A stretch of 64,000 nucleotides of DNA. Source: an uncultured delta proteobacterium (GTDB taxonomy: Bacteria; Myxococcota_A; Polyangia; Palsa-1104). The stretch lies in contig CAWAWS010000007.1 of NCBI GenBank assembly GCA_963785725.1, positions 96,001 to 160,000 of the forward strand. Reading direction: 5' to 3'. The notes under the pieces are model-generated. The model did not search any database, was not told the origin of the DNA, and saw nothing but the letters and a program-made list of their open reading frames with translations. Shown here piece after piece: positions 62,851-64,000 of this stretch. Both the position numbers and the translations under genes were made by a program. The number at the start of each line of letters is the position of its first letter. The stretch's first letter is position 1.

Positions 62851-63131
62851 GGACGAAGCCGCGTTCGCCGACGTGGCTCTTGGTGATGGCGACGGCGCTG
62901 GTGACGTTCGCGGCGCTGGCGCACGTGTGGGTGCGGCTGCAGATGCTGTCGATCGGCTACGACATCTCGCGTGAGACGAAGTGGCGCCACGATCTCGGTG
63001 AGCAGAACCAGAAGCTGACGCTGGAGCTACGCACGCGCATGGACTTGGCGGTCGTCGAGAAGATCGCGCGCGAGCAGCTGAAGATGGTGCCGCCCGATCC
63101 GCGGCTCATTCGCGTGGTGGAGCTGCCATGA
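62847..63131 (+). CDS. ftsL: Cell division protein FtsL
   Basis: Single TM, coiled coil and EKIAREQLKMVPP, located between rsmH and ftsI. Confidence 0.88.
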   Translation: MRTKPRSPTWLLVMATALVTFAALAHVWVRLQMLSIGYDISRETKWRHDLGEQNQKLTLELRTRMDLAVVEKIAREQLKMVPPDPRLIRVVELP

Positions 63132-64000
63132 CGAAGGCCAAACGAGAGCACACCGGCGAGACCAAGCGCACGCTGACGCCCGGTCGTGGCGTGCCGACGA
63201 CGCCGTTCGCGCCGTCGCGTTGGGTGCAGATTCGCCTCTACTTCTGCGCCGGTCTGGTCGTGTGCGGCTTCGGCGGGCTCTGTTATCGCGCCTATGTGCT
63301 GCAGGTGCGCGAGTCCGATCATCTGAAGCAGATGGCGGAAGATCAGTATTTGAAGGACGTCGAGCTGCCGCCGAAACGTGGGCGCATCCTCGATCGGCAC
63401 GGCGCGGAGTTGGCGGCGTCGGCGGAGGTCGAGTCGGTGCACGCCAACGCGCGCATGCTCATCGCCGGCGATCACGTTAGCGACACGGCGCGGCAGCTGG
63501 CCGACGCGCTGCACCTCGATCGCCGCGAGCTGGAGAAGAAGCTGCGCGCGCGCCGCTATTTCACGTGGGTGAAGCGACGCGTGCCGCCCGAGGAGTCGCG
63601 GCTCGTGCGCGAGCTGGCGCTGCCCGGCATCTACCTCGACAAGGAGCCGCGCCGCTATTATCCGAACCGCGGGCTGGCCGGTCCGCTGCTCGGTTGGGCC
63701 GGCCTCGACGCGGTCGGACAAGAGGGCATCGAGCTGCAGTACGAGCGCTGGCTGCGCGGCGCGCGGGCGACGCTGCCGGGCTTGCGGGACGCGCTCGGGC
63801 GGGCGCTGCTCGTCGAAGGCGCGACCGACGCCGGCGACGTCGCCGGTCACGACTTGTACACGACGATCGATCGCTACATTCAGTTTCGCCTCGAGCGCGC
63901 GCTGGAGAAGGGCGTGCAGCAGCATCACGCCAAAGCGGGCATCGCGGTGGCGCTCGATCCGAACAACGGCGAGATCTTGGCGATGGCGGCGGTGCCGTCG
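63128..64000 (+). CDS. ftsI: Peptidoglycan transpeptidase FtsI/PBP3 (3' end outside window)
   Basis: Manually translated from ATG 63128: TM, RGRILDRHG, RYYP, G.EGIE, TIDR.IQ, DPNNGEILAMA. Confidence 0.93.
   Translation, partial: MTKAKREHTGETKRTLTPGRGVPTTPFAPSRWVQIRLYFCAGLVVCGFGGLCYRAYVLQVRESDHLKQMAEDQYLKDVELPPKRGRILDRHGAELAASAEVESVHANARMLIAGDHVSDTARQLADALHLDRRELEKKLRARRYFTWVKRRVPPEESRLVRELALPGIYLDKEPRRYYPNRGLAGPLLGWAGLDAVGQEGIELQYERWLRGARATLPGLRDALGRALLVEGATDAGDVAGHDLYTTIDRYIQFRLERALEKGVQQHHAKAGIAVALDPNNGEILAMAAVPS

Overview
Very GC-rich bacterial chromosome segment (roughly 70% by eye, not computed). It is most likely Myxococcota (Polyangia-like), judged from MYXO-CTERM-type sorting tails, HRDVSPSN/HRDVKPEN Hanks kinases with TPR/PEGA partners, and a Myxococcales-type ECF sigma fragment. 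About 58 genes: housekeeping (topB, corA, lepB, hisDC, metK, ahcY, argH-lysA, rsmH-ftsL-ftsI with no mraZ) mixed with many secreted or lipoprotein enzymes (GH27, GH18, GxGYxYP, phospholipase D, MauG-like diheme cytochrome, lamin-tail and Cys-rich proteins). No rRNA, tRNA, CRISPR array or mobile element was recognised. The best candidate for an undescribed system is the minus-strand block 35100->29978: a heme-oxygenase-like diiron enzyme, a cupin, a two-TM Ser/Thr receptor kinase, and an exported lipoprotein fusing a group I truncated haemoglobin (apolar distal pocket) to a Cys-His-Met cupredoxin-like domain. Other signals: many genes with -10 boxes 6-8 nt before the start codon (leaderless-type), a shared sigma54-like promoter family, a Fic protein lacking the catalytic His, and a head-to-head fusion of two 5'-truncated genes. 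Eight +1 frameshifts and one TAG in core genes are more likely sequencing errors than real lesions.
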